Assembly (NCBI GenBank): GCA_965223345.1 | Contig: CBDCWG010000012.1 | Location: forward strand, 1,504,001-1,568,000 | Reading direction: 5' to 3' | Source of the DNA: Nitrospinales bacterium | GTDB taxonomy: Bacteria > Nitrospinota > Nitrospinia > Nitrospinales > VA-1 | DNA length: 64,000 nucleotides | Part shown: positions 39,978-50,231 of the stretch, piece after piece | Layout: every line of letters begins with the position of its first letter | Position numbering within the stretch: position 1 is the stretch's first letter | Program-made: the position numbers and the translations under genes | The notes under the pieces: model-generated | What the model was told of the DNA's origin: nothing | Seen by the model: only the letters and a program-made list of their open reading frames with translations | Database searches by the model: none

Positions 39978-40263
39978 TTTCCTCGCCGCGGCACTGCTGA
40001 TTGCCGGAGCCATCTTCTTTCTGGCCGGCACGCTGGGTCTGCTGCGTTTCCCGGATGTGTACACCCGTCTTCACGCCCTGACCAAAGCCGACAACGTGGG
40101 CCTGGGCCTGGTGGTGGCAGGTCTCGCGGTGAAGGCGGAGTCCTGGACTGCGGTGGGGAAGCTGCTGCTGATCTGGATCTTGGTGCTGCTTGCAGGGGCC
40201 AGCGTTTCCCACCTGATCGCCCGCAAGGCATTGCACAGGAGTATCGATCTATGGAAGCGGTGA
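39964..40263 (+). CDS. mrpG: Mrp antiporter subunit G
   Basis: GLLRFPDVYTRLHALTKAD. Confidence 0.9.
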   Translation: MNPIDFLAAALLIAGAIFFLAGTLGLLRFPDVYTRLHALTKADNVGLGLVVAGLAVKAESWTAVGKLLLIWILVLLAGASVSHLIARKALHRSIDLWKR

Positions 40264-41207
40264 ACCTTTTGCAATGGGCTTTCGATATTCTGCTGGCGCT
40301 GGGACTGCTGGGGTTGGCCTGGCGGGCGTTGACGAACCCGGATCTGTTCAAGGCCATCGTGCTGTTCGTCGGCTTCGGTCTGCTGATGGCACTGGCCTGG
40401 GTGCGTTTGGATGCGCCGGACATCGCGCTCGCCGAAGCGGGCATCGGCGCCGGACTGACCGGCGCTCTGTTTCTGGCTGCGTTTGCGAAATTGCGCTCGG
40501 CCGAGGCGCACCCGGATACATCCGGCAAAGCTGAAGAAAAAGCGCGTGGCGTCCGGCATCTCAGGTATGGGACCGCGGGGCTCCTGCTGGGGGTCGCTGC
40601 CGGGCTCGGTCACGCGATCGTGTCTTTCCCACCGCATGCCGCGGGTTTGAGCGCCCAGGTCGCCGCCCATCTCGATGCCAGCGGGGTGAGCAACCCGGTG
40701 ACCGCGGTGCTGCTCAACTTCCGGGGCTACGACACGTTCCTGGAAATGCTCGTGCTGTTTTTGGCTTTGCTGGGCGTCTGGTCCCTGGGCGACGCATCCT
40801 TGAGCCGCGAGACGGCGGCGAATCCCGTATTGCACACCTTGTCGCGGCTGCTGACGCCGCTGCTGATCCTGGTGGCGGCTTATCTGCTGTGGGTCGGTGC
40901 GCATGCACCGGGCGGGGCTTTCCAGGCGGGGTCGATCCTGGGCGCGGCGGGGGTGCTCCTGCTGTTGTCGGGGTGGCGTCTGCGCGCTGACTGGACGGCA
41001 TTGCTGCCGCGAATCGTGATCGTGGCCGGCCTGGGCGCATTCCTGACGGTGGCTGTGCTCACAATGCTGATCGAAGGGAAGCTGCTGCAATATCCTCCCG
41101 ATCAGGCAGGCTTGCTGATCCTGCTGCTCGAAACCGCAGCCACCCTGTCCATCGGTGCGACCCTGGCCGCCCTGTTTCTGGGCGGACGTCCCCGTATCCA
41201 TCATTGA
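40251..41207 (+). CDS. mrpB: Mrp subunit B with DUF4040 (MrpA C-terminal-like) region
   Basis: APDIALAEA, NPVTAVLLNFRGYDT..E, PGGAFQAG. Confidence 0.88.
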   Translation: MEAVNLLQWAFDILLALGLLGLAWRALTNPDLFKAIVLFVGFGLLMALAWVRLDAPDIALAEAGIGAGLTGALFLAAFAKLRSAEAHPDTSGKAEEKARGVRHLRYGTAGLLLGVAAGLGHAIVSFPPHAAGLSAQVAAHLDASGVSNPVTAVLLNFRGYDTFLEMLVLFLALLGVWSLGDASLSRETAANPVLHTLSRLLTPLLILVAAYLLWVGAHAPGGAFQAGSILGAAGVLLLLSGWRLRADWTALLPRIVIVAGLGAFLTVAVLTMLIEGKLLQYPPDQAGLLILLLETAATLSIGATLAALFLGGRPRIHH

Positions 41208-41216
41208 GGAAGGCAC

Positions 41217-41525
41217 ATGAACGCTGCATTTCTATACGCCCTGGTGGGTGCGGGGCTTTTTTCTCTGGGGCTCTATGCCCTGATCGTGTATGCCCACCTG
41301 CTGCGCAAGATTCTGGCGATCAACATCATGGGCAGCGGCGTCTTCCTGGTGCTGGTCGCGCTGGCAAAGCGCACCGGGGACGCATCGCCGGATGCGGTGC
41401 CGCACGCCATGGTCATCACCGGAATCGTGGTCGCGGTTTCAGCAACGGCACTGGCGCTTGCCTTGATGTTGAAACTGACCGCGAAAACCGGCCGCGCCGA
41501 GCTTCCTGAAGACCGCAAAGAGTAG
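41217..41525 (+). CDS. mrpC: Mrp antiporter subunit C
   Basis: LLRKILA, VPHAMVITGIVV. Confidence 0.9.
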   Translation: MNAAFLYALVGAGLFSLGLYALIVYAHLLRKILAINIMGSGVFLVLVALAKRTGDASPDAVPHAMVITGIVVAVSATALALALMLKLTAKTGRAELPEDRKE

Positions 41526-41530
41526 CGCCG

Positions 41531-42991
41531 ATGGGAAACCCGTTCACAGCAATTCCCTGGGGCGTCGTCCTGATTCTGCTGCCGCTTGCGGGGGGACTGG
41601 CCTGTTTTTTGTGGCCCAGGCTGTCGAAGGCACTGGGATTGTTTTTTGCGGTTGCGACTGCTGTTTCCGTTGCCGGTCTGGGTTGGCAGTTGAAGAGCAC
41701 GGGCGTCTATCGTCACGCCATCGGCGGTTGGGGCGCTCCATTGGGGATCGATCTTCACGCCGACGGCCTGAGCCTGTTGATGCTCGCGGCAACGGCTCTC
41801 GTCGGACTGGGCATCAGCATCTACTCGGCGCGATATTTTGAGGGGGAAGAACGGGCCCGATTCTGGCCGCTCTGGTTGTCGCTGCTGGCCGCGTTGAACG
41901 CGCTGTTTTTATCGGCCGATGTTTTCAATCTGTATGTCTGCCTTGAGTTGATGGGGCTGGCCGCGGTCTCCCTTGCCGCCTTGAAAGGAGGAAAGGATGC
42001 GCTGAGCGGGGCCATGCGCTATCTGCTGGCCACGTTGCTGGGGTCGCTGGCTTATCTGCTGGGGATCGCGCTGCTCTATCATGGCTTCGGCAGCATGGAC
42101 CTCGCGATCCTGGCCGGGAGTGTGAAGGCTTCTCCCGAGGTCTGGGCCGCGCTGGGACTGATCGCTTCCGGCCTGCTGCTGAAAACCGCACTTGTCCCGT
42201 TGCATTTCTGGCTGCCGTCCGCCCACGCAAGCGCACCCGCACCGGTGAGCGCGCTGCTTTCCGCGCTGGTGGTCAAGGCCTCTTTCTATATCCTGCTGCG
42301 TTTGTGGCTGGAAATCTTCAGCGCACTGGGTGCGGGGATGGATGCCCTGCTCGGTCTGCTCGGCTGCGCGGCCGTGCTCTGGGGATCGTTGCAGGCCTTG
42401 CGGCAGACCCGGTTGAAGCTGCTGGTGGCGTATTCCACGGTGGCCCAGATCGGCTATCTGTTCATCGCTTTCCCCCTTGCCGTGAGCTCCGGTGCGACGG
42501 CCTGGAACGGGGCGGCTTATTTGGCGCTTTCCCATGCGCTGGCAAAAGCGGCCCTGTTTCTCGCCGCAGGAAATGTGATGCACTTCGGAGGCCACGACCG
42601 CATTGCCGACCTGAATCAGGTGGTGCAGCGTATCCCGGTCACGGCGGGCGCTTTCGCGCTGGCGGGAGTCAGCATCATGGGGCTGCCGCCGAGCGGTGGT
42701 TTTATCGGCAAGTGGCTGCTTATGGAGTCGGCTTTGACACAGGGGCGGTGGGGTTTCCTTACGGTCCTGGTGATCGGGGGGCTGCTGGCCGCGGGTTATG
42801 TTTTCAAGGTGCTGGGGCATGGCTTCACCCGCGCCGCCGTTGCGCAGAAGCCGAGAACGGTCCCGGCCAGCATGGAATGGGCGGCCATGCTGCTCGCACT
42901 GGGAGCGATTCTGCTCGGGTTTCTGGCCTTGCCGGTTTTTTCGCTGATTGAAATCGGCGACCCATTCGCGAGCGGTGAGGTGCAACCATGA
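41531..42991 (+). CDS. mrpD: Mrp antiporter subunit D
   Basis: GGWGAP.GI, FNLYV.LE, LK.A..PLHFWLP.AH, AYST, HALAKA. Confidence 0.9.
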   Translation: MGNPFTAIPWGVVLILLPLAGGLACFLWPRLSKALGLFFAVATAVSVAGLGWQLKSTGVYRHAIGGWGAPLGIDLHADGLSLLMLAATALVGLGISIYSARYFEGEERARFWPLWLSLLAALNALFLSADVFNLYVCLELMGLAAVSLAALKGGKDALSGAMRYLLATLLGSLAYLLGIALLYHGFGSMDLAILAGSVKASPEVWAALGLIASGLLLKTALVPLHFWLPSAHASAPAPVSALLSALVVKASFYILLRLWLEIFSALGAGMDALLGLLGCAAVLWGSLQALRQTRLKLLVAYSTVAQIGYLFIAFPLAVSSGATAWNGAAYLALSHALAKAALFLAAGNVMHFGGHDRIADLNQVVQRIPVTAGAFALAGVSIMGLPPSGGFIGKWLLMESALTQGRWGFLTVLVIGGLLAAGYVFKVLGHGFTRAAVAQKPRTVPASMEWAAMLLALGAILLGFLALPVFSLIEIGDPFASGEVQP

Positions 42992-44487
42992 ACTGGAATG
43001 CCTGGATTCCACTCCTGGTGGTGGCGAGTTCCCTGCTGCCCGGTTTGATCATCTTCGGCCTGGCTGAGGAAAGGGTGCGCCTGCGCACGGTGCTCAACCT
43101 GTCCGGCGCTTTGGTCAAACTCGCACTGGTGGGCTGGATGCTGTGGGGCGTCTACCACGAGCATCAATATGAAACCCGGTGGGCGCTGTTGCCGAACCTG
43201 GAATTCGTATTGCGGGCCGGGCCGCTGTCTTTATTGTTGGTTACCCTGTCCTCCTTGCTTTGGCTGGTCACCACCGTCTATGCCATCGGCTATCTGGAAG
43301 GCTCGCCGCATCGCAGCCGCTTCTTCGGCTTTTTCAGCCTGTGCGTGACCGCCACCGTCGGCGTGGCCCTTTCGGGAAATCTGATCACGTTCCTCCTGTT
43401 TTACGAACTGTTGACCCTTTCAACCTATCCGCTGGTGGTGCATCGCGGTACGGAAGTGGCCCGCCGTGCCGGGCAGTCCTACCTGGCGTACACGATCTTC
43501 GGCGGCGCTTTGCTGCTGCTTGGAACCGTGTGGCTCTATACCCTGGCGGGGACTCTGGAGTTCACCCCGCAGGGATTTCTCAACGACCTCGGTGACGCGC
43601 ATCGTCCTGCCTTGTGGATGATCTTCTTTTTGCTGATCGCCGGGCTGGGGGTGAAGGCGGCGCTGGTGCCGCTGCACGGCTGGCTCCCGCAGGCCATGGT
43701 CGCGCCGGCGCCGGTCAGTGCGCTGCTGCACGCGGTCGCTGTGGTGAAGGCGGGCGCGTTCGGCATCGTGCGCGTGGTCTACGACGTGTTCGGGGTGGAC
43801 TTTGCCAACGGACTGGGTGTGACCGACCCGCTGGCATGGCTGGCGGGGTTCACGATCATCTACGGTTCGCTGCGCGCCCTGTTTCAGAATGACCTGAAGC
43901 GCAGGCTGGCGTTCTCGACGGTGAGTCAGGTGTCCTACATCGCTTTGGGCGTCGCCATCGGCGGACCGCTCGCCACCATCGGCGGGGTGGTGCACCTGGT
44001 GCATCAGGGCTTGATGAAAATCACTCTGTTCTTTTGCGCCGGCAATCTGGCCGAGACCCTGGGCATCCACAAGGTGAGTGAGATGAACGGTGTGGGAAAA
44101 CGCATGCCCTGGACGATGGCGGCCTTCACGATCGGGGTGTTCGGCATGATGGGGGCGCCACCGATTGCCGGGTTCGTGAGCAAATGGTACCTGGGTCTGG
44201 GCGCGCTGGAAGCGGGGCAGGAATGGGCGATCCTCGTGCTGGCCGGCAGCAGCCTGCTCAACGCCGCCTATTTTCTGCCGATTCTGCATCGCGCCTGGTT
44301 CCGCGAGCCGCCGGATGCCTGGCCGGAAGAGCACAATTTCGGTCGTAAGGAAACCGCATGGGCGCTGTTACTGCCACCCGTGGCCACCGCGTTGATGGCC
44401 CTGGGCGTGGGGATTCTGGCTTCGATCCCCTTCAGTCCCCTGGAGTGGGCGCAACTCATTGCGGAGCGGGAGTTTTACAAGCCATGA
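42988..44487 (+). CDS. Second MrpD/MrpA-like proton-conducting subunit
   Basis: FYELLT, KAALVPLHGWLP.AMVAPAPVSALLHAVAVVK, LAFSTVSQ. Confidence 0.9.
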   Translation: MNWNAWIPLLVVASSLLPGLIIFGLAEERVRLRTVLNLSGALVKLALVGWMLWGVYHEHQYETRWALLPNLEFVLRAGPLSLLLVTLSSLLWLVTTVYAIGYLEGSPHRSRFFGFFSLCVTATVGVALSGNLITFLLFYELLTLSTYPLVVHRGTEVARRAGQSYLAYTIFGGALLLLGTVWLYTLAGTLEFTPQGFLNDLGDAHRPALWMIFFLLIAGLGVKAALVPLHGWLPQAMVAPAPVSALLHAVAVVKAGAFGIVRVVYDVFGVDFANGLGVTDPLAWLAGFTIIYGSLRALFQNDLKRRLAFSTVSQVSYIALGVAIGGPLATIGGVVHLVHQGLMKITLFFCAGNLAETLGIHKVSEMNGVGKRMPWTMAAFTIGVFGMMGAPPIAGFVSKWYLGLGALEAGQEWAILVLAGSSLLNAAYFLPILHRAWFREPPDAWPEEHNFGRKETAWALLLPPVATALMALGVGILASIPFSPLEWAQLIAEREFYKP

Positions 44488-45755
44488 TCGAGCAGATTCA
44501 CAGTCTCCTGCTTTTGATCGCTGTGGTCTGGCCTTTGCTGCTGGCCATCCCGGCGTTGCACTCGCGCCTGCCCTGGCCCCGTCATCTGGCCATCGCACCC
44601 GCCGTGGTGCTCATCGTGTTGCCGGGGGAGGGTTCCCTCGTGCTGCCCTGGTTTCTTTTTGGAACCGGGTTGGCCCTCGATACGGATAGCCGCTGGATTC
44701 TGCTGATGTCCGTCGCGGTCTGGTTCCTCGCGGTGATGCTCTCGCGGTCTTCGAGAGACTTCTCTCCGGGATACGACAACGCCAACACGCTTTTTCTGCT
44801 GACCCTGGCTGGAAACCTGGGCGCTGTTTTGGCAGCCGACCTGGTGGGCTTCTTCTGTTTTTCGACACTCATGGGTTACGGCTTTTACGGTCTGCTGATC
44901 CACGGTGGGGATAAAGAGGTCAGGCGTGCCGGTCGCCTCTATCTGCTGTTTGTGATTGTGGCGGATCTGGTTCTGTTCGAAGCGTTGTTGCTTGCGGCCT
45001 CGACGACTTTGGATTTGCGCTATGCGGCGCTGCGTCCGGCAATGGCCGGGGCTCCTTCCTTGCAGTTTTATTCCTGGATGGTTCTGATCGGGTTTGCGCT
45101 CAAGGCGGGAATCTGGCCGCTGCATCTGTGGCTGCTGGGCGCATTCAATTTGCAGCGCCGATCGACGACCTGGTTGCTGGCAGGCGTGCCGGTCGCCATG
45201 GGGCTGCTGGGCGCGGTGCGTTGGTTCCCGTCAGGCGAAACGGCCTTGGAGGTTTTGGGCACGACGATGCAGGTGATGGGGGTGGCGGCTTTGCTGTACG
45301 CGGCGCTGAAGTTTTTCAGGCCGGATTTCGTGAGAATGCGGCCGGCCTGGGCGACCCTGGCCGTCACCGGGTTGTTTGTCGCCGCTTTGGGAACGGGGCT
45401 GGCACAGCCTGGTTTATGGCGTCCGTACGCGGGCCTGATGCATCCCTTGATTGCCGCATCGGGTATTTTCCTGACGGCACTCACTGTTGTTATCGGCCGG
45501 CGGCAGGAGACGCATCCGCAGCACGGGAAAGCTTTGAGCCCTTCGGTTGCGGGATGGTGGAGCGTGGCCCGGCGCTGGATTCGACACCGGGGTCTCAAGG
45601 TCCAGTCCTTTTGGCGCGCTATCTGGTTGCAAGCGGCCGGGTTTTTTCGGGAGCATGCGGATTGGCAAAAACCCGCTTTCCCTGCGGGGGGATGGAGTGC
45701 GGCGATTTCCCTGTTCGTCCTTCTGGGACTGGTGATCGCGTGGCTTTCCTATTGA
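44484..45755 (+). CDS. Third, divergent MrpD-like membrane subunit
   Basis: ATGA overlap; GFALKAGIWPLHLWL; several canonical motifs degenerate. Confidence 0.75.
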   Translation: MIEQIHSLLLLIAVVWPLLLAIPALHSRLPWPRHLAIAPAVVLIVLPGEGSLVLPWFLFGTGLALDTDSRWILLMSVAVWFLAVMLSRSSRDFSPGYDNANTLFLLTLAGNLGAVLAADLVGFFCFSTLMGYGFYGLLIHGGDKEVRRAGRLYLLFVIVADLVLFEALLLAASTTLDLRYAALRPAMAGAPSLQFYSWMVLIGFALKAGIWPLHLWLLGAFNLQRRSTTWLLAGVPVAMGLLGAVRWFPSGETALEVLGTTMQVMGVAALLYAALKFFRPDFVRMRPAWATLAVTGLFVAALGTGLAQPGLWRPYAGLMHPLIAASGIFLTALTVVIGRRQETHPQHGKALSPSVAGWWSVARRWIRHRGLKVQSFWRAIWLQAAGFFREHADWQKPAFPAGGWSAAISLFVLLGLVIAWLSY

Positions 45756-45924
45756 GGAAAGCGTGTTGCGTGTCACCGCTTCCTTTTTCCTGTATTTTGG
45801 CGCGGGAGACGGTCTTGCGCCGGATACCGCGCCGTTTGAAATTGATCGATCCTTTGCCAGCGTTTATCATCTGGGCAACGCCAAACTGGAAACAGGATCG
45901 TTCGAATTTTTGGAGCTGTCGGGT

Positions 45925-46713
45925 TTGAATTCAATCAAATTGTTGTGCATCGCTGTTTTGGGAATGTCGTTTTCATCCTCTGTGAGCGCAAATCCGCCGG
46001 AAACGCCGGCAAAAACGTTCCTCTCTCCTTCCACGAACATGGAATTCGTTCACCTGCCGGGAGGGTGCTACCAGATGGGGTCGGAGAACGGGTTTCATTT
46101 TGAACGGCCGGTTCACGAAGTGTGCGTCGGCCCGTTTTATCTGGGGCGCTACGAGGTGACCCAGAAGCAGTGGGTGGAAATCATGGGAAACAACCCTTCC
46201 AAGTTTCAGGGAGAAGACCGGCCCGTGGACCGGGTGTCCTGGCTGGATGCCCGTGATTTCGTGAAGAGACTGAACGAACGCGAGTCGGATGTCCTGTACC
46301 GGCTTCCGACGGAAGCGGAATGGGAATACGCGGCGCGCGCGGGAACGACGACGGAATATTATTGGGGGGATACCGTCGATAACGATTACGTCTGGTATTA
46401 CGGGACCTCGGAGTTTCAGACGCATCCGGTTGGAACCAAGAAAGCGAATCCGTTCGGCCTGTTCGACATGCTGGGAAATGTGTGGGAGTGGACCAGCGAC
46501 TGGTTTGCCGCCGATTATTATCAGAAAAGCCCGAAGATGAACCCGCCCGGACCCGAGACCGGAAAATTCAAGGTGCGCCGCGGTGGTTCGTCCGCAAACC
46601 TCATAAGCCATATCCGTTCGGCGACCCGTTACCGGGGCAAGCTGGATCGCAGGCACCACATTCTGGGCCTGCGCGTCGCCCGGTCGGTGGCAAAGCCTGA
46701 AAGCAAGCGTTGA
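45925..46713 (+). CDS. Secreted FGE-sulfatase (SUMF1-like) domain protein
   Basis: YQMGS, YEVTQ, RLPTEAEWEYAARAG, NPFGLFDMLGNVWEW, RGG; TTG start after GGAG gives a signal peptide. Confidence 0.88.
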   Translation: MNSIKLLCIAVLGMSFSSSVSANPPETPAKTFLSPSTNMEFVHLPGGCYQMGSENGFHFERPVHEVCVGPFYLGRYEVTQKQWVEIMGNNPSKFQGEDRPVDRVSWLDARDFVKRLNERESDVLYRLPTEAEWEYAARAGTTTEYYWGDTVDNDYVWYYGTSEFQTHPVGTKKANPFGLFDMLGNVWEWTSDWFAADYYQKSPKMNPPGPETGKFKVRRGGSSANLISHIRSATRYRGKLDRRHHILGLRVARSVAKPESKR

Positions 46714-46826
46714 ATCTCTGATTCACGGGGAGCGCTTTATTGCTGCAATTCCCCGGAAAACAGGCGGCGTTTGTTTTGAAACCCGCAGAGGAGGAAGGCC
46801 CGGTCAGGATCAAAAAGAGGGGGAGT

Positions 46827-47951
46827 TCAGCGCATGGGGATTTCAAAGCTGAAGGTCGATCCGGAGCCGAGGACGCTTTCCACTTCCATGCGGCCCCGGT
46901 GGGCTTCGACCACTTTTTTCGATATGGCGAGTCCCAGTCCCGAACTGGGCTCTCCGCCTGTGGCTTTGGCTTTCAACTTCTGGAACATCTGGAACAGCTT
47001 GCCGCGGTCTTCGGGGTCGATCCCCGGTCCCAGATCCTCGACGCTGACCTTGGCGTGCTTGCCGTAGCTTTTCAGGCGGACGTAGACGGGGTTGTCGGGG
47101 CTGGAAAACTTGATGGCATTGCTCAGCAGATTGTCCAGAACCTGGGCGATGCGTTCCGCGTCGAACCCGAACTTGGGCAGGGCGTCCAGCTTGGGGTGGA
47201 TCGAAATCTTCTTTTTTTCGGCGAAGGTTCGATGGAAGGCCACCCGCTCCTCGATCAGCTCCTGCAGGGACCGCGTTTCGAAGTTGAGCACCAGCTTTTG
47301 GTTTTCCAGCAGGGAGGCGTCGAGGATGTCGTCGAGCAGGAACAGCATGTTGTTGTTCGCCGTGTGGATGGAGGTGATGAATTTTTTCAGCGTCTCAGGA
47401 TCGAGCTCGTCCAGATCCTCGAGGATGATCTCGGTGAGGCCGCGGATCGAGGTGATCGGGGAGCGCAGATCGTGCGACGCCATGGCCACGAAAGCGTTCA
47501 TCAGATCGTTGAGCTCGGTCAGTTTCCGGTTTTTATCATCGAGCGCCTGAATGGTGTTCCTGAGTTCGAGGTGGGTGCGGACGCGGGCGCGCACCTCGTC
47601 TTTGCGGAAGGGCTTGATGATGTAATCCGCGCCGCCCACATCGAAGCCGTTGACGATGTTTTCCCCTTCCATCTTGTCGGTGATGAAAATCACGGGGATG
47701 TGCTTCTGATCGGGGACCTCTTTTATTTTCCGGCACAGCTCGTAGCCGCAGTCCTCGCGTATTCGGGTGTCCAGCAGGATGAGGTCCGGCCGCAGACGGG
47801 ACACTTTCTCGATAAAATCCGCGTCCCGGTCGAGGGCCAGAACCGCATAACCATCCTGGGCGAGTGCCTGATGCAGGGTTTCAACGGCGTTTTCATCGTC
47901 GTCGGCGATGAGGACCTTCAGGGTCCCGGTTTTAAGAAGGGGTTTCTGCAT
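46827..47951 (-). CDS. Receiver-histidine kinase hybrid
   Basis: IADDD, LLD, GADYIIKP; SHDLRSP, NAIKFS, GLGL. Confidence 0.92.
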   Translation of the reverse strand: MQKPLLKTGTLKVLIADDDENAVETLHQALAQDGYAVLALDRDADFIEKVSRLRPDLILLDTRIREDCGYELCRKIKEVPDQKHIPVIFITDKMEGENIVNGFDVGGADYIIKPFRKDEVRARVRTHLELRNTIQALDDKNRKLTELNDLMNAFVAMASHDLRSPITSIRGLTEIILEDLDELDPETLKKFITSIHTANNNMLFLLDDILDASLLENQKLVLNFETRSLQELIEERVAFHRTFAEKKKISIHPKLDALPKFGFDAERIAQVLDNLLSNAIKFSSPDNPVYVRLKSYGKHAKVSVEDLGPGIDPEDRGKLFQMFQKLKAKATGGEPSSGLGLAISKKVVEAHRGRMEVESVLGSGSTFSFEIPMR

Positions 47952-48010
47952 GATCCATGTTCCCGCTCATGAGGGGTTTGCGAGTGATGTGTTGTGGATG
48001 GGTTTTTCGT

Positions 48011-48026
48011 CGCAATGTGCACGCCA
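48011..48026 (-). promoter_or_regulatory. Possible sigma54 promoter for the REC-HK gene
   Basis: Minus strand TGGCGTGCACATTGCG. Confidence 0.5.
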
Positions 48027-48044
48027 TCCCATGCGCGCCTTTGA

Positions 48045-48062
48045 TGTAAAAAAACTTTTACA
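48045..48062. promoter_or_regulatory. Palindromic operator TGTAAA-N6-TTTACA
   Basis: TGTAAAA-AAAC-TTTTACA in the divergent intergenic region. Confidence 0.6.
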
Positions 48063-48308
48063 ATGGCTGGGTTTGACGCTGTTTTGTGGAGTGGATTCCT
48101 CGATGAAAGAAAATAAGGATTGAATTCAGAAGGAATAAAGATTTACTATCTAGAGCAATATGCCGGTTTTTCGGAGAAGGTGCAATTGAAATGTCCTCAT
48201 CGGCAGCAGATTGAAAGACCGTTCCGATAAGTCGATCGTTTCCCCGCCTTAAAAAGTCGTCTTCTCCATTTCATTCTTTGAACGCATCACACAAAAACGG
48301 TATCCGAA

Positions 48309-50231
48309 TTGAAAAACATTCCGCGGACGCCCCTTCGTGCACCGGTTCGAACTCCCTTCGGAGTCGCCCTCGTGCGTTGCCTGCTTGCGGTCGTGTTCGG
48401 GCTCCCGGGAGGATGGGGTTCGCCTTTTTGGGCGGAAGCGCAAAGCCATGCCTCCAAGCGGGTCGCGCTCTCCGATTGGGGACTGACCCATCCCTCGCAG
48501 ATCGGTTTCCTCTCGCTCGGCATCCTCAAGAACAAAGACGGCCCTGAGATCATCGTTTACGACATGCGCGCAAAGAAACCGGTGTTGCAGGACAAATCCA
48601 CTTCGCAGGGTCGGGTGCCGGCTTTTTCGGGCGACGTGTTTCTCGTCGGCAATTTCAATCAGGGCAACGTCAACCGGCTGGGCGGGTATTTCAACGGCTT
48701 CAAACGCGCCCCGTCCACCGCCTCCCTCGCTATCGACACCGCTCCGGAAGGGGGCGAGGCCCTCACGTTTCACTTTAAGAACCGGCCGCCGGGTTTTTCC
48801 GGGTTTTGGGTGCATCTTTTTGATTTCAAACGTCCTCCCGCAGACCGGATCTACCTGGATGCGACGCCGTTTTCCCACCTCACCTTCGCCATCCGCGGAC
48901 TGCGCGGCGACGAGAAACTGGATCTGCGCATCGCCGACCGTACCTGGGAAAAACGCGAAGATTCGATCCTGATTGGCGACATCGCTTCCTTTTCCGGCCG
49001 CAAAACCCTGGGGGAGGCCTGGCAGAGGGTGTGGGTGCCGCTCGCCAAACTGCCCGCCTCGTTGAACCGCAAAGAGCTGGCCAGCCTGGTTTTCCAGGTG
49101 CAGGGCAAGAGCGAAGGCGGGGTGTTCGTGAAGGATGTGGCGTTCACCCGTAGACAGGGCGTCGCCATTCCACAGGGCCAGGCGGCGAACGTGTCCCGGC
49201 GTCCGCTTGCGAAGGCCCTGTGGCTGTGGGAGACGAACAAGATCGTAAAGAGCGGTGCCGAAATGGCGGCGCTGCTGGATTTCTGCAAACAGCACGCGAT
49301 CACCGAATTGTTCGTGCAGATTCCCTACGAAGCGGAGCAAAAGAACGGAAAATGGCGGTTCGACTGGGACGCCGCCGCCATGAAACCGTTTCTATCCCGG
49401 CTGCACCGCGCCGGCATTCGCGTTCATGCTTTGGACGGCGACCGCCGATATGCTTTGAGGAAGTGGCACGGGCGGGTTCTGGGCTTGATCGAGCGGGTCA
49501 TCGAATACAACCGCGGTGCGGCGCCGGAGGAACGGTTCATCGGCATCCGTTACGACAACGAACCTTATCTATTGCCCAGCTTCAGCGGCGTGCAGAAAGA
49601 ATCGATCCTGAACCAGTACCTGGAGCTCTTAGAGCGGTCGCAGGCGCTGGCGCGCGAGGGCGGGCTGGTGTTCGGGGTGGACATCCCGTTCTGGTTCGAC
49701 GATGTGAACGAGTTTTTCGAGCCCACCGCCCGAGTGCGCGGCCGGCCGGTGAGCGAATCGATCCTCGATATCGTGGACAACGTCGGCATCATGGATTACC
49801 GCACTTCGGCGTACGGCGCGGACGGTGTGATCGCGCATGCGGACAACGAGCTGCGCTACGCGGAAAAAGTCGGGAAAAAGGTCTACATCGGGCTGGAAAC
49901 GGTGTGGCTTCCCGACGAGACGATCTACGAGTTCGGCGTCAAGGGCAGGGGATCGAAGGTCCGCATCCAGGAACTGGAAGGAGACCAGATCCGGCTCGAC
50001 TGGATTCCCGCCGGTGAGCCGACCGCGGCGGGCGGCGGCATCGTGTTGCACCAGCGGCGCGTGGTGGAGGTGCCTTCGACCAAGATCACCTTCGACCGCA
50101 AGACCCCGGAAGATCTGGAAACGGTGCTGCGCCAGTCCGAGCGGGAGTTGCGCCGGTTCAGCAGTTTTTACGGGTTTGTCATCCATTCCTACGAGAGTTA
50201 CCGGTCCTGGCTGAAAAAGGAAACACGTTGA
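48309..50231 (+). CDS. Exported protein: CIA30/CBM-like domain + putative glycoside-hydrolase-like TIM barrel
   Basis: Signal-like N-terminus; NRLGG..., WQRVWVPL beta-sandwich pattern; ALWLW, YDNEPY, DIPFW, IMDYR, IGLET; family call is an inference. Confidence 0.6.
   Translation: MKNIPRTPLRAPVRTPFGVALVRCLLAVVFGLPGGWGSPFWAEAQSHASKRVALSDWGLTHPSQIGFLSLGILKNKDGPEIIVYDMRAKKPVLQDKSTSQGRVPAFSGDVFLVGNFNQGNVNRLGGYFNGFKRAPSTASLAIDTAPEGGEALTFHFKNRPPGFSGFWVHLFDFKRPPADRIYLDATPFSHLTFAIRGLRGDEKLDLRIADRTWEKREDSILIGDIASFSGRKTLGEAWQRVWVPLAKLPASLNRKELASLVFQVQGKSEGGVFVKDVAFTRRQGVAIPQGQAANVSRRPLAKALWLWETNKIVKSGAEMAALLDFCKQHAITELFVQIPYEAEQKNGKWRFDWDAAAMKPFLSRLHRAGIRVHALDGDRRYALRKWHGRVLGLIERVIEYNRGAAPEERFIGIRYDNEPYLLPSFSGVQKESILNQYLELLERSQALAREGGLVFGVDIPFWFDDVNEFFEPTARVRGRPVSESILDIVDNVGIMDYRTSAYGADGVIAHADNELRYAEKVGKKVYIGLETVWLPDETIYEFGVKGRGSKVRIQELEGDQIRLDWIPAGEPTAAGGGIVLHQRRVVEVPSTKITFDRKTPEDLETVLRQSERELRRFSSFYGFVIHSYESYRSWLKKETR

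Noticed and set aside
38179..45755. Membrane-bound hydrogenase or complex I-like assignment
   Set aside because: No hydrogenase or Fe-S catalytic subunits are adjacent; the content fits an Mrp antiporter.
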